A stretch of 64,000 nt of DNA from assembly GCA_035997375.1 (NCBI GenBank), contig DASYIS010000422.1, positions 1,380 to 65,379 of the forward strand, read 5' to 3'. The DNA is from Chthoniobacteraceae bacterium. GTDB taxonomy: Bacteria > Verrucomicrobiota > Verrucomicrobiia > Chthoniobacterales > Chthoniobacteraceae. Positions 35,974-43,569 of this stretch are shown here, one piece after another. Each line of letters opens with the position of its first letter. Position 1 is the stretch's first letter. Both the position numbers and the translations under genes were made by a program. The notes under the pieces are model-generated. The model was not told the origin of the DNA. It saw nothing but the letters and a program-made list of their open reading frames with translations, and did no database searches.

Positions 35974-36465
35974 ATGAAGAACCGTAATCTGACGGTTGGG
36001 AATGTAATTCCCAGCCTCGGCACCGCAAGAGAAATATCGCTGCCCGCAACGCTGCCCGGAAGGCAGTCTGAGCGTCTGGAATCCGTTCCGGCCCGCGAGA
36101 AAGTCACCCTCAAAGCGCCGGGCGTTCCGCCTGGCAGCTCACCCATCCCCCCGCGCAAGGTTGTGCGGCTCGCGATGCCCGGCCGCCCTGTCGCCCCTGT
36201 CGCCATCCTCGCGGATCGCGAGGGGGTTGCCGAGGTTGGCGCGCCGGCCGCTCCCGGAACGTGCGAGCGCTGCGGGGAAACCGCTGCTGGCCTCCTCTGC
36301 CCGGCATGCACGAATGACGCGCCGCCGGCCGTGCGGCTCGCGTTTGGTCAAGCCGTTGGCATCGATGCGATGCGGGCGGCGGTCGAACGCGTGCGCGCGT
36401 ATGCGCGGCCCGCGGTCGTGCGGCTCACGATGCCCGGCCGGCCGGCGGAAGGGAGGGCAGCATGA
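35974..36465 (+). CDS. Hypothetical protein with a CxxC..CxxC zinc ribbon and a duplicated VVRL(A/T)MPGRP motif (start uncertain)
   Basis: CERCGETAAGLLCPAC. ATGA overlap with the next + strand ORF. The upstream part of track ORF 35710.. looks non-coding. Confidence 0.4.
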   Translation: MKNRNLTVGNVIPSLGTAREISLPATLPGRQSERLESVPAREKVTLKAPGVPPGSSPIPPRKVVRLAMPGRPVAPVAILADREGVAEVGAPAAPGTCERCGETAAGLLCPACTNDAPPAVRLAFGQAVGIDAMRAAVERVRAYARPAVVRLTMPGRPAEGRAA

Positions 36466-37079
36466 AAAAGAGCGAACGTTCGCCGTTCGAAGACGAGCTG
36501 CTCGATGACGAGTGGTGCGACAATCACCCTTGGCTCGAATACCGCTGCGATTCGGTCGCCGGCAGTCTCCTTTTGCTGCGTGGCCGCAAGATCGAAATCC
36601 GGTGGGTTTTCCAAATGGAAAACTTCAAGAATGAAGGCGACGATGAGCAGTACTTCAGAGGGCTCGCGTATGATCGGCTCGGCAGGTTCTACGCTGTCGT
36701 GGAGGAGGACTTGTGCACCCACCCGAAACGCCGGATTTGCGGTGTGAAGAAACTCAACGGAAAGCAGGCGCTCACGTGGTTCGCGCGCAACGCTTGCTGG
36801 GATGCGGCTTTCACGCGCGAGATGTGCCGCGCGATCGACAATCCGGGATTCGAGTTCGTGTCACTCGTGCCCGGCCGGCGCGCCAAGGGCCGCAAGGCCA
36901 CGAAGAAGGCGGAGGCGTTTCACGAGCAGCTCCACCTTGCGACGGCGCTGGTGGAGTGTGTGCGCAAGTTGGACGCGGACCCGACGCTCGCAAATCTCGG
37001 CGAGGCGTGCCGCTCGGCGAGCAAGGTCCACCAGGCGTTGCACGAACCGGCGAACTTCAAGCGCGCCGGCCAAGCGTAG
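36462..37079 (+). CDS. Hypothetical protein (205 aa), lower GC than its surroundings
   Basis: Clean ORF followed by a strong hairpin terminator. No family recognised. Confidence 0.6.
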   Translation: MKKSERSPFEDELLDDEWCDNHPWLEYRCDSVAGSLLLLRGRKIEIRWVFQMENFKNEGDDEQYFRGLAYDRLGRFYAVVEEDLCTHPKRRICGVKKLNGKQALTWFARNACWDAAFTREMCRAIDNPGFEFVSLVPGRRAKGRKATKKAEAFHEQLHLATALVECVRKLDADPTLANLGEACRSASKVHQALHEPANFKRAGQA

Positions 37080-37085
37080 GAAAAG

Positions 37086-37130
37086 AGCCGGCCGGCGCCA
37101 CCATGGCGCCGGCCGGCTGGTCCTTTCTGA
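37086..37130 (+). terminator. Rho-independent-type terminator (15-bp GC stem AGCCGGCCGGCGCCA/TGGCGCCGGCCGGCT, 3-nt loop, T-rich tail)
   Basis: Read directly from the sequence; lies 7 nt after the stop at 37079. Confidence 0.6.
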
Positions 37131-37306
37131 ATTCTGAATTTCCCCGCCTGCCGGCGTCATGCCGAGGCGAACGCCAGCGCGATGCGCCGGCTGCTCTTTG
37201 AAAACCGATAGATGCGCGCTCGAAAAACCGGGCTGCCCCTCCGACTGCGGAAAGCCGCGACGAGGGAGGCAGAGTAAATAGGGAGCGCATCGGACGCCGG
37301 GCGCAA

Positions 37307-39457
37307 CTATTGAAAGACGGCGGACCCTGTCACTTTCAGAACCGGCGGCGGATTGGTCAGGAGGTTCCGGTTTAGAGTTTCGATCGACGAAACGATCTTC
37401 TCGAGCTTTGCGGTCTGCCGCTTCGTTTCGCTCAAGAGCGGGCTGGCGCTTCCGGCCGCGAGGTTGCTCCCGCCAATCCGGCGGTCTGCATCGGTGGAAC
37501 CGCTTCGGCCTTTTTTGCCGTCGCCCTGCGCGGCTTCCGCCTTTGCGAACTCAGCGGCTTTCGCCTTAGCCGTGTCCGGATCGAGCCCGCCGAGTATCAG
37601 CTCCTTGAGCTTTGCGCGCTCTTTGCCCTCGATCTCCAAACGCTTCGCCTCGCCGGTGTCGCCCCGCACGCGTGCCCACATGATCTTGGTGTCACGCTCA
37701 ACGGATTCCTCGAGGTCTTTGCTCTTGGCGTCGCGCTCAACGCTCACATGGCCGACCGCCTTTTCCCGCGCAGCGGCCGGGCTGTCGCCGTTCTCTTCAT
37801 TGCGACGCGCGAGTAGGTGAATTTCCCTCTCGCGTTCGGCGGCGCTCTGGCCGGCGGCATCGCCCGCGGCCTTAGCGCCCAGGATGTTCATTTCGTCGGC
37901 TTGATCCGCCGCGTACTCGGCACGCTTCCGCTGCTGTTCAGTGCTTGCTTTTTCGAGTCTCAATAGCTCCTTTCGATTCTCGATCAGCTCCTGCAAGTGC
38001 GCGACCTCGGGGGCGGTAAGCCCGCCGGATTCGCCCCGCGCGCGATCCTTTGCAATAGTGGCGTCTAGCGCCTCGGTGGAATCAACGCCGGAGTCGGCGA
38101 GGATCTTCCGCTTTTTTGCCTCGGGATCTCGATCCTCGAAACTCGCTTTCTTTTTCTCGCGATCCAAGTCTTCTCCCGCTTTCTTCACTTCCTTTTGCAA
38201 GTCCAGAAGGCGCTTGGCGTCCTGCTCTGCTTCGAGGGCCGCGTCGCGTTTGGCCTTGCGGTCCGCCAGCGTTGCCGGCGAAAGACGCGCGAGGATTTTC
38301 TCGAACATTTCCAGCGACTTCGCCCATTGCCGGTACTTGTCCGCCAACTGCTCCACTTCATCCGGCTGGAAAAGTGCGTCCGCATTTTCCTCCGCATGCT
38401 TGAGCGCCTCCGCGACTTCCTCCGCTTGTTTTTCCAGCGCCGTCATGGCCTGCGCGCGCTCCTTTTCCGTGGCGACATTTTCGATCTGCTTCGCGGCGGC
38501 CCCGAGCCCGACCTGGCTCGCCTCGTCAGGTTCCGCCATCGCGGCTTCCTTGCGGCCGCTCGTTATGACGTAATCAGCGAGTCCAACGGCCGGGATGAAT
38601 CTCCGCAGCGCTGGCGGCAATTTGAACACGGCCGAAGCGAGGGAAAGCTTGGCCATGGCATCCGCCGCGATCGCGACGGATCGGCCAAAAGGCACGAGGT
38701 CCACTTTGGCGAGGTCCTGCACCATGGCCAGCGTCCCGCCCGTCACTTCGTGGCCGGTGAATCCAACGTAAAATTGATCCAGCTTCAGCGTCATGGCGCC
38801 GATCGCGTCTGACGCGGCGTCAAAAGCGGAAGCGTTTTTCTCCAGCTCGTTGCCCAAGCTCCCAACCTGTCCGCGCGCCTGCGAAAACGCTTCGGAATCG
38901 GAAAGCAGCGCGAGCATCTTCGCGCCGGATTTGCCAAACAAATCCATGGCGTAGCGCGCGCGGTCGGTCGGGTTGGCGACGCCCTTGAACGCGGCCTGCA
39001 AGGTGACGATTTGCTGAAGCGCCGTCATGGACTTCAGCGCTTCAAGTGAAACGCCGAGCTGATCGAAAACTTTCTTCGTCGGCTCCCCCTGCTCGTTGAG
39101 CCCCGTGAGGGCGCGCGAAAGAATGGCGAGCGTAGGGCCAACGCTATCCGCGCCCAAGCCGGCGTTTTTGAACGCCTGCCGCAGAACCACCAGGTCCGCG
39201 ATAGATTGGCCTGTATTGGCGGCGAGGTCCGTGAACGCGCCGCCCATCTCCAGCGCCGCCATCAAGTGTTCGGCCTGTCCCTTGATCAGCTCGAATCCCC
39301 TGGAGACCACTTCCCCGGCGACGGCGAACCCGGCAAAGCCTTGGGCGAATTTCGTGAACTTGTGCTCGGCCGTCTCGATGGAACGGCTGACGGAATTGAT
39401 GCCGGCGAGAAAATTCCCGTAGCCCAACTGCATCTCGACTTCGATTTTCTGTCCCAT
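37307..39457 (-). CDS. Second tail tape measure protein (716 aa), paralogue of 21897..24047
   Basis: Start at MGQKIEVEMQLGYGNFLAG (39457). Collinear with TMP1 (FAVAGEVV, AFKNAGLGADSVGPTLAILSRAL, DLFGKSGAKMLALL, ending SAVFQ). Identical length. Confidence 0.85.
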   Translation of the reverse strand: MGQKIEVEMQLGYGNFLAGINSVSRSIETAEHKFTKFAQGFAGFAVAGEVVSRGFELIKGQAEHLMAALEMGGAFTDLAANTGQSIADLVVLRQAFKNAGLGADSVGPTLAILSRALTGLNEQGEPTKKVFDQLGVSLEALKSMTALQQIVTLQAAFKGVANPTDRARYAMDLFGKSGAKMLALLSDSEAFSQARGQVGSLGNELEKNASAFDAASDAIGAMTLKLDQFYVGFTGHEVTGGTLAMVQDLAKVDLVPFGRSVAIAADAMAKLSLASAVFKLPPALRRFIPAVGLADYVITSGRKEAAMAEPDEASQVGLGAAAKQIENVATEKERAQAMTALEKQAEEVAEALKHAEENADALFQPDEVEQLADKYRQWAKSLEMFEKILARLSPATLADRKAKRDAALEAEQDAKRLLDLQKEVKKAGEDLDREKKKASFEDRDPEAKKRKILADSGVDSTEALDATIAKDRARGESGGLTAPEVAHLQELIENRKELLRLEKASTEQQRKRAEYAADQADEMNILGAKAAGDAAGQSAAEREREIHLLARRNEENGDSPAAAREKAVGHVSVERDAKSKDLEESVERDTKIMWARVRGDTGEAKRLEIEGKERAKLKELILGGLDPDTAKAKAAEFAKAEAAQGDGKKGRSGSTDADRRIGGSNLAAGSASPLLSETKRQTAKLEKIVSSIETLNRNLLTNPPPVLKVTGSAVFQ

Positions 39458-39530
39458 AATTTTTGGTGTTGGGCTACGGCCCGCCCTGTGGGGGCTGTCA
39501 ACTCCGGCGGCGGAGCCCCGCCACGGAACG

Positions 39531-39564
39531 AAAAACCCCGTCCCCTCACACCGAGGGGACGGGG
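39531..39564 (-). terminator. Hairpin terminator upstream of the element's tape measure gene (12-bp stem CCCCGTCCCCTC/GAGGGGACGGGG followed by TTTTT on the minus strand)
   Basis: Read directly from the sequence; located in the 156-nt gap between 39614 and 39457. Confidence 0.55.
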
Positions 39565-39613
39565 CTGGACTCGAAGGCCGGCGGCGCAACTCGCCGACAC
39601 CTTCGGCGGCGTG

Positions 39614-40357
39614 TCAATGAATCAGGCCGTCGTCGTCGTCAGTCCACGCGCGGAGAGCTTTGCGAAACTCCGGCCCCTTGTCGGGGAACTTGGCGAGCAA
39701 CTCCAGCGCCTTGGCCTGGCGGCGCTGGTCGTAGGTTGTGCGGGGCGCGGCCGGCGCGGCGATCGGGGCGATCGGGGCGAGCGCCATCGGCTTTTCCAAC
39801 AAGGCGTCTCCGAAGTTTAACCCGGCGATTATCAGCGGCGGCTGGACGTTGGCGGCGATCTGGCGGCCGGCAAGGTCCGCATCCGCGAGCCATTCCTCCA
39901 GAGACAAAAGTGAACCGCTCGGCTCGTGGACAATCCCGAGCCGCGCGGCCGTCTGCAGCTCCTGCGCGCGCAGGGTCTCGGCTTCCTTTCCGATGAGCTC
40001 GAGGATCTTCGCGCGGATCTCAGCGTGGATTGGTTTCGCTTCCCTGTCGATGGCCTGCAACTGCTCTTTGCAGAGCGCGCGCACGGCTTGGCCGCGCTCG
40101 TGGTGGAGTTGGTCGGGAATCACGGCGCCCTCCACGCGGGCCGCATTTTCCGGCGACGGGTCTTTGCGGAATTCCTCGCGGGCCGCGTCGAGTTCCACAT
40201 CCTTTTTTCGTGTGGCGGCCATCTGCCTTTGGAAGCCGTTGAAGCGTTCGGCGAGCTGGCGGAGCGCGGCGATCTGCGGGGGGCTGGCGACGCGGGCGAG
40301 GCGGCCGGCGATGAGGTGACGGAGGCTGGCTTTGGGGTGGGAGGCGCGGAAGTTCAT
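39614..40357 (-). CDS. Hypothetical protein (247 aa), coiled-coil-like
   Basis: Operon orientation inside the element. No family recognised. Confidence 0.65.
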   Translation of the reverse strand: MNFRASHPKASLRHLIAGRLARVASPPQIAALRQLAERFNGFQRQMAATRKKDVELDAAREEFRKDPSPENAARVEGAVIPDQLHHERGQAVRALCKEQLQAIDREAKPIHAEIRAKILELIGKEAETLRAQELQTAARLGIVHEPSGSLLSLEEWLADADLAGRQIAANVQPPLIIAGLNFGDALLEKPMALAPIAPIAAPAAPRTTYDQRRQAKALELLAKFPDKGPEFRKALRAWTDDDDGLIH

Positions 40358-40381
40358 TGGTGGGGGAATTCGGGAATTGGG

Positions 40382-40690
40382 CTACTCGCCCTTGGCGCGA
40401 TCGTAGGCGACGGCGGCTTCATCCAGACGGTTGCCGAGGCGGGCGTGCATTTCGTTTTTCTCGACCGGGCCAGCGGCCAAGTAGGATTCCATGACCGCGA
40501 CCAGGTCGGCCGGCGCGGTGGGTTCGGCTTGGTCGGCGGTGCCCTTTTCGCAATCGTAGGCGGCAGCGGCGGCATCGAGGCGCGGGCCTTCTCGATCGCG
40601 CATTTCGTTTTTTTCGACCGGGCCAGCGGCCAAGTAGGATTCCATGAGCGCCACAAGGGTGGCGTGCTCTGCGGTGGGGGCTTGTGTCAT
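40382..40690 (-). CDS. Small protein (102 aa) made of two tandem copies of the scaffold C-terminal module
   Basis: LVALMESYLAAGPVEKNEMRDREGPRLDAAAAAYD and LVAVMESYLAAGPVEKNEMHARLGNRLDEAAVAYD. ATG at 40690 with AAGGAGG upstream. Confidence 0.7.
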   Translation of the reverse strand: MTQAPTAEHATLVALMESYLAAGPVEKNEMRDREGPRLDAAAAAYDCEKGTADQAEPTAPADLVAVMESYLAAGPVEKNEMHARLGNRLDEAAVAYDRAKGE

Positions 40691-40713
40691 TGCCTCCTTG
40701 CCGGGGGTGTCAA

Positions 40714-41664
40714 TCACCAGCCCTCCAAGGCGCGATCGTAAGCGACGGCGGCTTCATCCAGTCGCTTGCCGTGGCGCTCCATCAGTGCATTTTTTTCGAG
40801 CGGGCCAGCCTTCAAGTAAGACTCCATGAGGGGGACCAGGTCATCTCCCCCCGCGCGGGAGAGGGTTTCGGGGGAGTCTTTCTCGGCGGTAATGCCATTG
40901 CGCGCCAAGCGCTCCAATTTGCCCTCCGCACGGCCTTTGGCGGCCGTGAGTGCGGTAATCGTTCCGTGAGCGGTGGCGAGGGCCGCGCGCGCGTCGGCGA
41001 GCTGGTTTTGAAAGTCCGTCGCTCTCGCCTGCCAATGCTGCCAAGAGGTCGTGGCGATCGTCTCGGGAGGTTTGGAGCGCGGAGCGTTTTGAAAGCTGGA
41101 AAGATCGAAGCTGTTCTTTGTCGTCACGCGATCGGTGATTTCATCGATGAACCCTTGGGCTTTCGCTTCCTCCGCGGTGAACCAAGTTTCGGCGTCCATC
41201 ATGGCGGCGATTTCCGCGGCCGGAATCCCGGTCTTGGCGACGTAGGCATTGACGAGCTGCGCCTTGATTTTGTCCATGACCTGCGCGGCCGTGCGCATTT
41301 GCTCCGATCCGCCCTGCGCGGCGCCGCTCGGATTGTGGATCATGAAAAGGCCGTTTTCCGCCATGCGGACGGGCTTTCCCACCATGGCGAGATAGCTCGC
41401 CATGCTCGCGGCCATGCCGTCGATTTGGACCGTCACGCCTGGCTTGTGGCGCAGAAGGGCGTTGTAGATCGCGTTCCCTTGAATGACCGACCCGCCCGGC
41501 GAATTGATGCGGAGATTGATCCGCTTTTCGCCATAGGTCTTGAGCGAGGCGAGCATCGCGATCGCGGTCTGAGCGAACGAACCGATTTCGGCGTAGATGA
41601 ACAGGTCGACGACGCCGGCGTTGTTTTCGATCGAGTACCAGGATGAGGGCGAGGGCGCGGGCAT
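40714..41664 (-). CDS. Element-encoded S49/ClpP-like head protease-scaffold (316 aa), paralogue of 30916..32046
   Basis: LRINSPGGSVIQGNAI..MAENGLFMIHNP..GKLERLARNGITAEKD..LVPLMESYLKAGPLEKNALMERHGKRLDEAAVAYD. The track start at 41685 is the TTG of a TTGACA motif. Confidence 0.85.
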   Translation of the reverse strand: MPAPSPSSWYSIENNAGVVDLFIYAEIGSFAQTAIAMLASLKTYGEKRINLRINSPGGSVIQGNAIYNALLRHKPGVTVQIDGMAASMASYLAMVGKPVRMAENGLFMIHNPSGAAQGGSEQMRTAAQVMDKIKAQLVNAYVAKTGIPAAEIAAMMDAETWFTAEEAKAQGFIDEITDRVTTKNSFDLSSFQNAPRSKPPETIATTSWQHWQARATDFQNQLADARAALATAHGTITALTAAKGRAEGKLERLARNGITAEKDSPETLSRAGGDDLVPLMESYLKAGPLEKNALMERHGKRLDEAAVAYDRALEGW

Positions 41665-41681
41665 GCGCATCTCCGCGCCTG

Positions 41682-42569
41682 TCAACCGCCGGTGCGGACA
41701 GGTATTATTGGCTGCTCGGGGTGCAGGGCGGCGTAAGCTTGGTCGATATAGGCTTTTCGCTCATCTTCGGGCAGGCGAAAGAAGCCGTCCTCATCCTCCT
41801 TCCCCGCGAGTTTCCACGCCGCGCTCTTCGTTCGTTCCACGTCGGCCCAGATGGCTTCGTCGTCGTGGTCGATCAGCGGGGGCCGTGCCGCTGGCTCTTC
41901 TTCGCCATAGATAGGCGGCACCCATCCCGGAATCATGGCCTGCGCCGTCGTTCGGCACTCTTTGTCGAAACCCCTGATAACTGCATCCGTTTCCGCCTCG
42001 AGGATTTCCTCGAGCTGGTCTTCATTGGACGCGCCGCTGAGCTTTCCGGGGAGACGGCCCACCATCGCTTTGACGCGAGCACGCAGGAAGCCGAACACGC
42101 GCGCGGAGAAGGTCTCAACTGCTACCACCTCGACGGTGCGGTCGTTGGCCTTGCGAATGGCCGGCGCGGCGATCTCCTCTTTGCGGAGCTGCTCTTTGAT
42201 GGCGAGCCATTCCTTGGAGAGGAGAAGACGCGTTTGAGCCAAGCTGCCATCGGTCTTTGAGGCTTCCCAATCCCGCCGCGCTTCATCCTCGGCGAGGCGC
42301 AAGGCGGCGAGCGGATCGGACGGGCGCGGAGCGGGCGCGGCCGTGCCGGCGGCCGGCGCGGGCGCGGGCGCGGCTGCTGCCGTCGGCGGCTGCTTGCGGC
42401 GGTTCTGCGCGTCCACGATCGCGGCCGTGCCGTTTGTGATTCGGCCATTGGCGGCGCGCCATTCTTCGGCCGCTTGAAGGGACGTGAGCGGCATGCCGCG
42501 TTTGACCAGGCGACCGACATTCTGTTGGGAGCAGCCCCATTCACGGGCCAGAGCATTTTGCGAAATCAT
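41682..42569 (-). CDS. Terminase small-subunit-like DNA-binding protein (295 aa)
   Basis: N-terminal HTH LAREWGCSQQNVGRLVKRGMPL, an Ala/Pro linker and a helical C-terminal part. Same architecture as the helper TerS and preceded by the shared cos-like sequence. Confidence 0.6.
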   Translation of the reverse strand: MISQNALAREWGCSQQNVGRLVKRGMPLTSLQAAEEWRAANGRITNGTAAIVDAQNRRKQPPTAAAAPAPAPAAGTAAPAPRPSDPLAALRLAEDEARRDWEASKTDGSLAQTRLLLSKEWLAIKEQLRKEEIAAPAIRKANDRTVEVVAVETFSARVFGFLRARVKAMVGRLPGKLSGASNEDQLEEILEAETDAVIRGFDKECRTTAQAMIPGWVPPIYGEEEPAARPPLIDHDDEAIWADVERTKSAAWKLAGKEDEDGFFRLPEDERKAYIDQAYAALHPEQPIIPVRTGG

Positions 42570-42634
42570 TGCGCCCCAGGCGCAGAGTCAACGGGGGGTA
42601 CAATGGGTACAACCTACAACCTAAGCTTTTTTGG

Positions 42635-42765
42635 GAATTCCGCGTGCGACAAGGCCGGGGGAGCTTGCAACCGCTCGCGGGGGGGGTGCCCCTAGGAGAC
42701 TCCTTAGCCGGGGGGGTGCCTAGGTGCGGCCATGCCGCGCGCAGGTGCCCCGTGGCGGCCTGGCT
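42635..42765. repeat. Copy A of a roughly 130-bp sequence shared with 48364-48500 (candidate cos/pac or late control region), flanked by GGTACAAC/GTTGTACC repeats
   Basis: GCGTGCGACAAGGCCGGGGG.GCTTGCAACCGCTCGC..GGGGGGTGCCC..AGGAGACTCCTTAGCCGGGGGG aligns between the two loci with few mismatches. Confidence 0.7.
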
Positions 42766-42886
42766 GGCCACAAGGCCGGGCTGTAATCTCTCTCCCTACA
42801 ACGCTTCGCGAGCATTGTACCGTTGTGGAATGCGCGCCAGCGTTGTACCCCCATGCGCGCCCGTTCTCGCCTTCTGGCTTGGCGTG

Positions 42887-43147
42887 CTACATCAGCTCGC
42901 GGAAGGCGAGGGCGAGCCGGTCGAGCTCGCCGGCTCTATCGATCAGAGCCGGCGTGAGCTCGTCCACTCCCAAGACAATCTGGCGTGTGATGTCCACGGC
43001 CTCACGGATCAAGCCGGCCTCGGTTGAAATGGTTTCGCGGTCGTCGCCTCTGCTTCGCTTGAACCGCAGGAAGCCGAGCGCCAGAGCGCCAGAGAACACG
43101 CAACGGCGTGAGGTTTCCAACACCACCTCTTCTTCTTCCGTGCTCAT
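42887..43147 (-). CDS. Small hypothetical protein (86 aa), paralogue of the next gene
   Basis: Start at MSTEEEEVV (43147). C-terminal VDELTPALIDRAGELDRLALAFRE resembles VKDLTPAMLHRAGELQTLAEEFRE. Confidence 0.55.
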   Translation of the reverse strand: MSTEEEEVVLETSRRCVFSGALALGFLRFKRSRGDDRETISTEAGLIREAVDITRQIVLGVDELTPALIDRAGELDRLALAFRELM

Positions 43148-43374
43148 CGGCCAACCTCCCGGAATTCTTCGGCGAGAGTTTGCAGCTCGCCGGCGCGGTG
43201 GAGCATGGCCGGCGTGAGGTCTTTGACCGCGATGATTTCCGAGCGCTCGGATTCGATCCAGGCGGCGGCGATCAGCGCGCGCGAGGCGGTGAGCTCGCGG
43301 AGTCTTTGAAGGCAGGCGCGGCCAGCGGCGAGCGTGTGCGCGCTGGAATTGAGGAGGCGGGTTTCGAGGTCCAT
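43144..43374 (-). CDS. Small hypothetical protein (76 aa), first gene inside the right end of the element
   Basis: AGGAGG plus TTGACA upstream; ATGA overlap with its paralogue. Confidence 0.55.
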   Translation of the reverse strand: MDLETRLLNSSAHTLAAGRACLQRLRELTASRALIAAAWIESERSEIIAVKDLTPAMLHRAGELQTLAEEFREVGR

Positions 43375-43417
43375 TTGCCTCCTGCCCTACTGTCAACGCT
43401 CCAACAGCCAAAACCGC

Positions 43418-43443
43418 AAAAACCGGGACCGTTCCGGTTTTTT
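43418..43443. terminator. A/T-flanked hairpin AAAAACCGG-N7-CCGGTTTTTT (bidirectional terminator-like) near the right end of the element; contains CCGTTCCGGTTTTT, also present at 33549-33562
   Basis: Read directly from the sequence. Confidence 0.5.
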
Positions 43444-43569
43444 GGTGTTCGCGTGGGTACTTCAGGGTCCGCGACGGGACTACCCGCCTCTTCCCGCCAA
43501 TCCGCTGGAAGCCTGATGAACACAGGCTTCCAGAGTAAATGGCCCCTCTTCCCGGTTCCCTACTTGCTA

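Noticed and set aside
35625-36311. 228-aa minus-strand ORF and 251-aa + strand ORF (35710..36465) in the element regulatory region
   Set aside because: The minus ORF is low-complexity and overlaps hairpin-rich non-coding DNA. Only the distal part of the + ORF (from about 35974, with a zinc ribbon and an ATGA coupling) looks plausibly coding.
21897-39457. Two tape measures and two protease-scaffolds as evidence for two independent tandem prophages
   Set aside because: The second set lies entirely between the two halves of a single portal gene, which rejoin in frame across an 8-bp duplication. The inner unit lacks terL, portal, capsid and tail genes. Nested insertion explains the layout better than tandem lysogeny.
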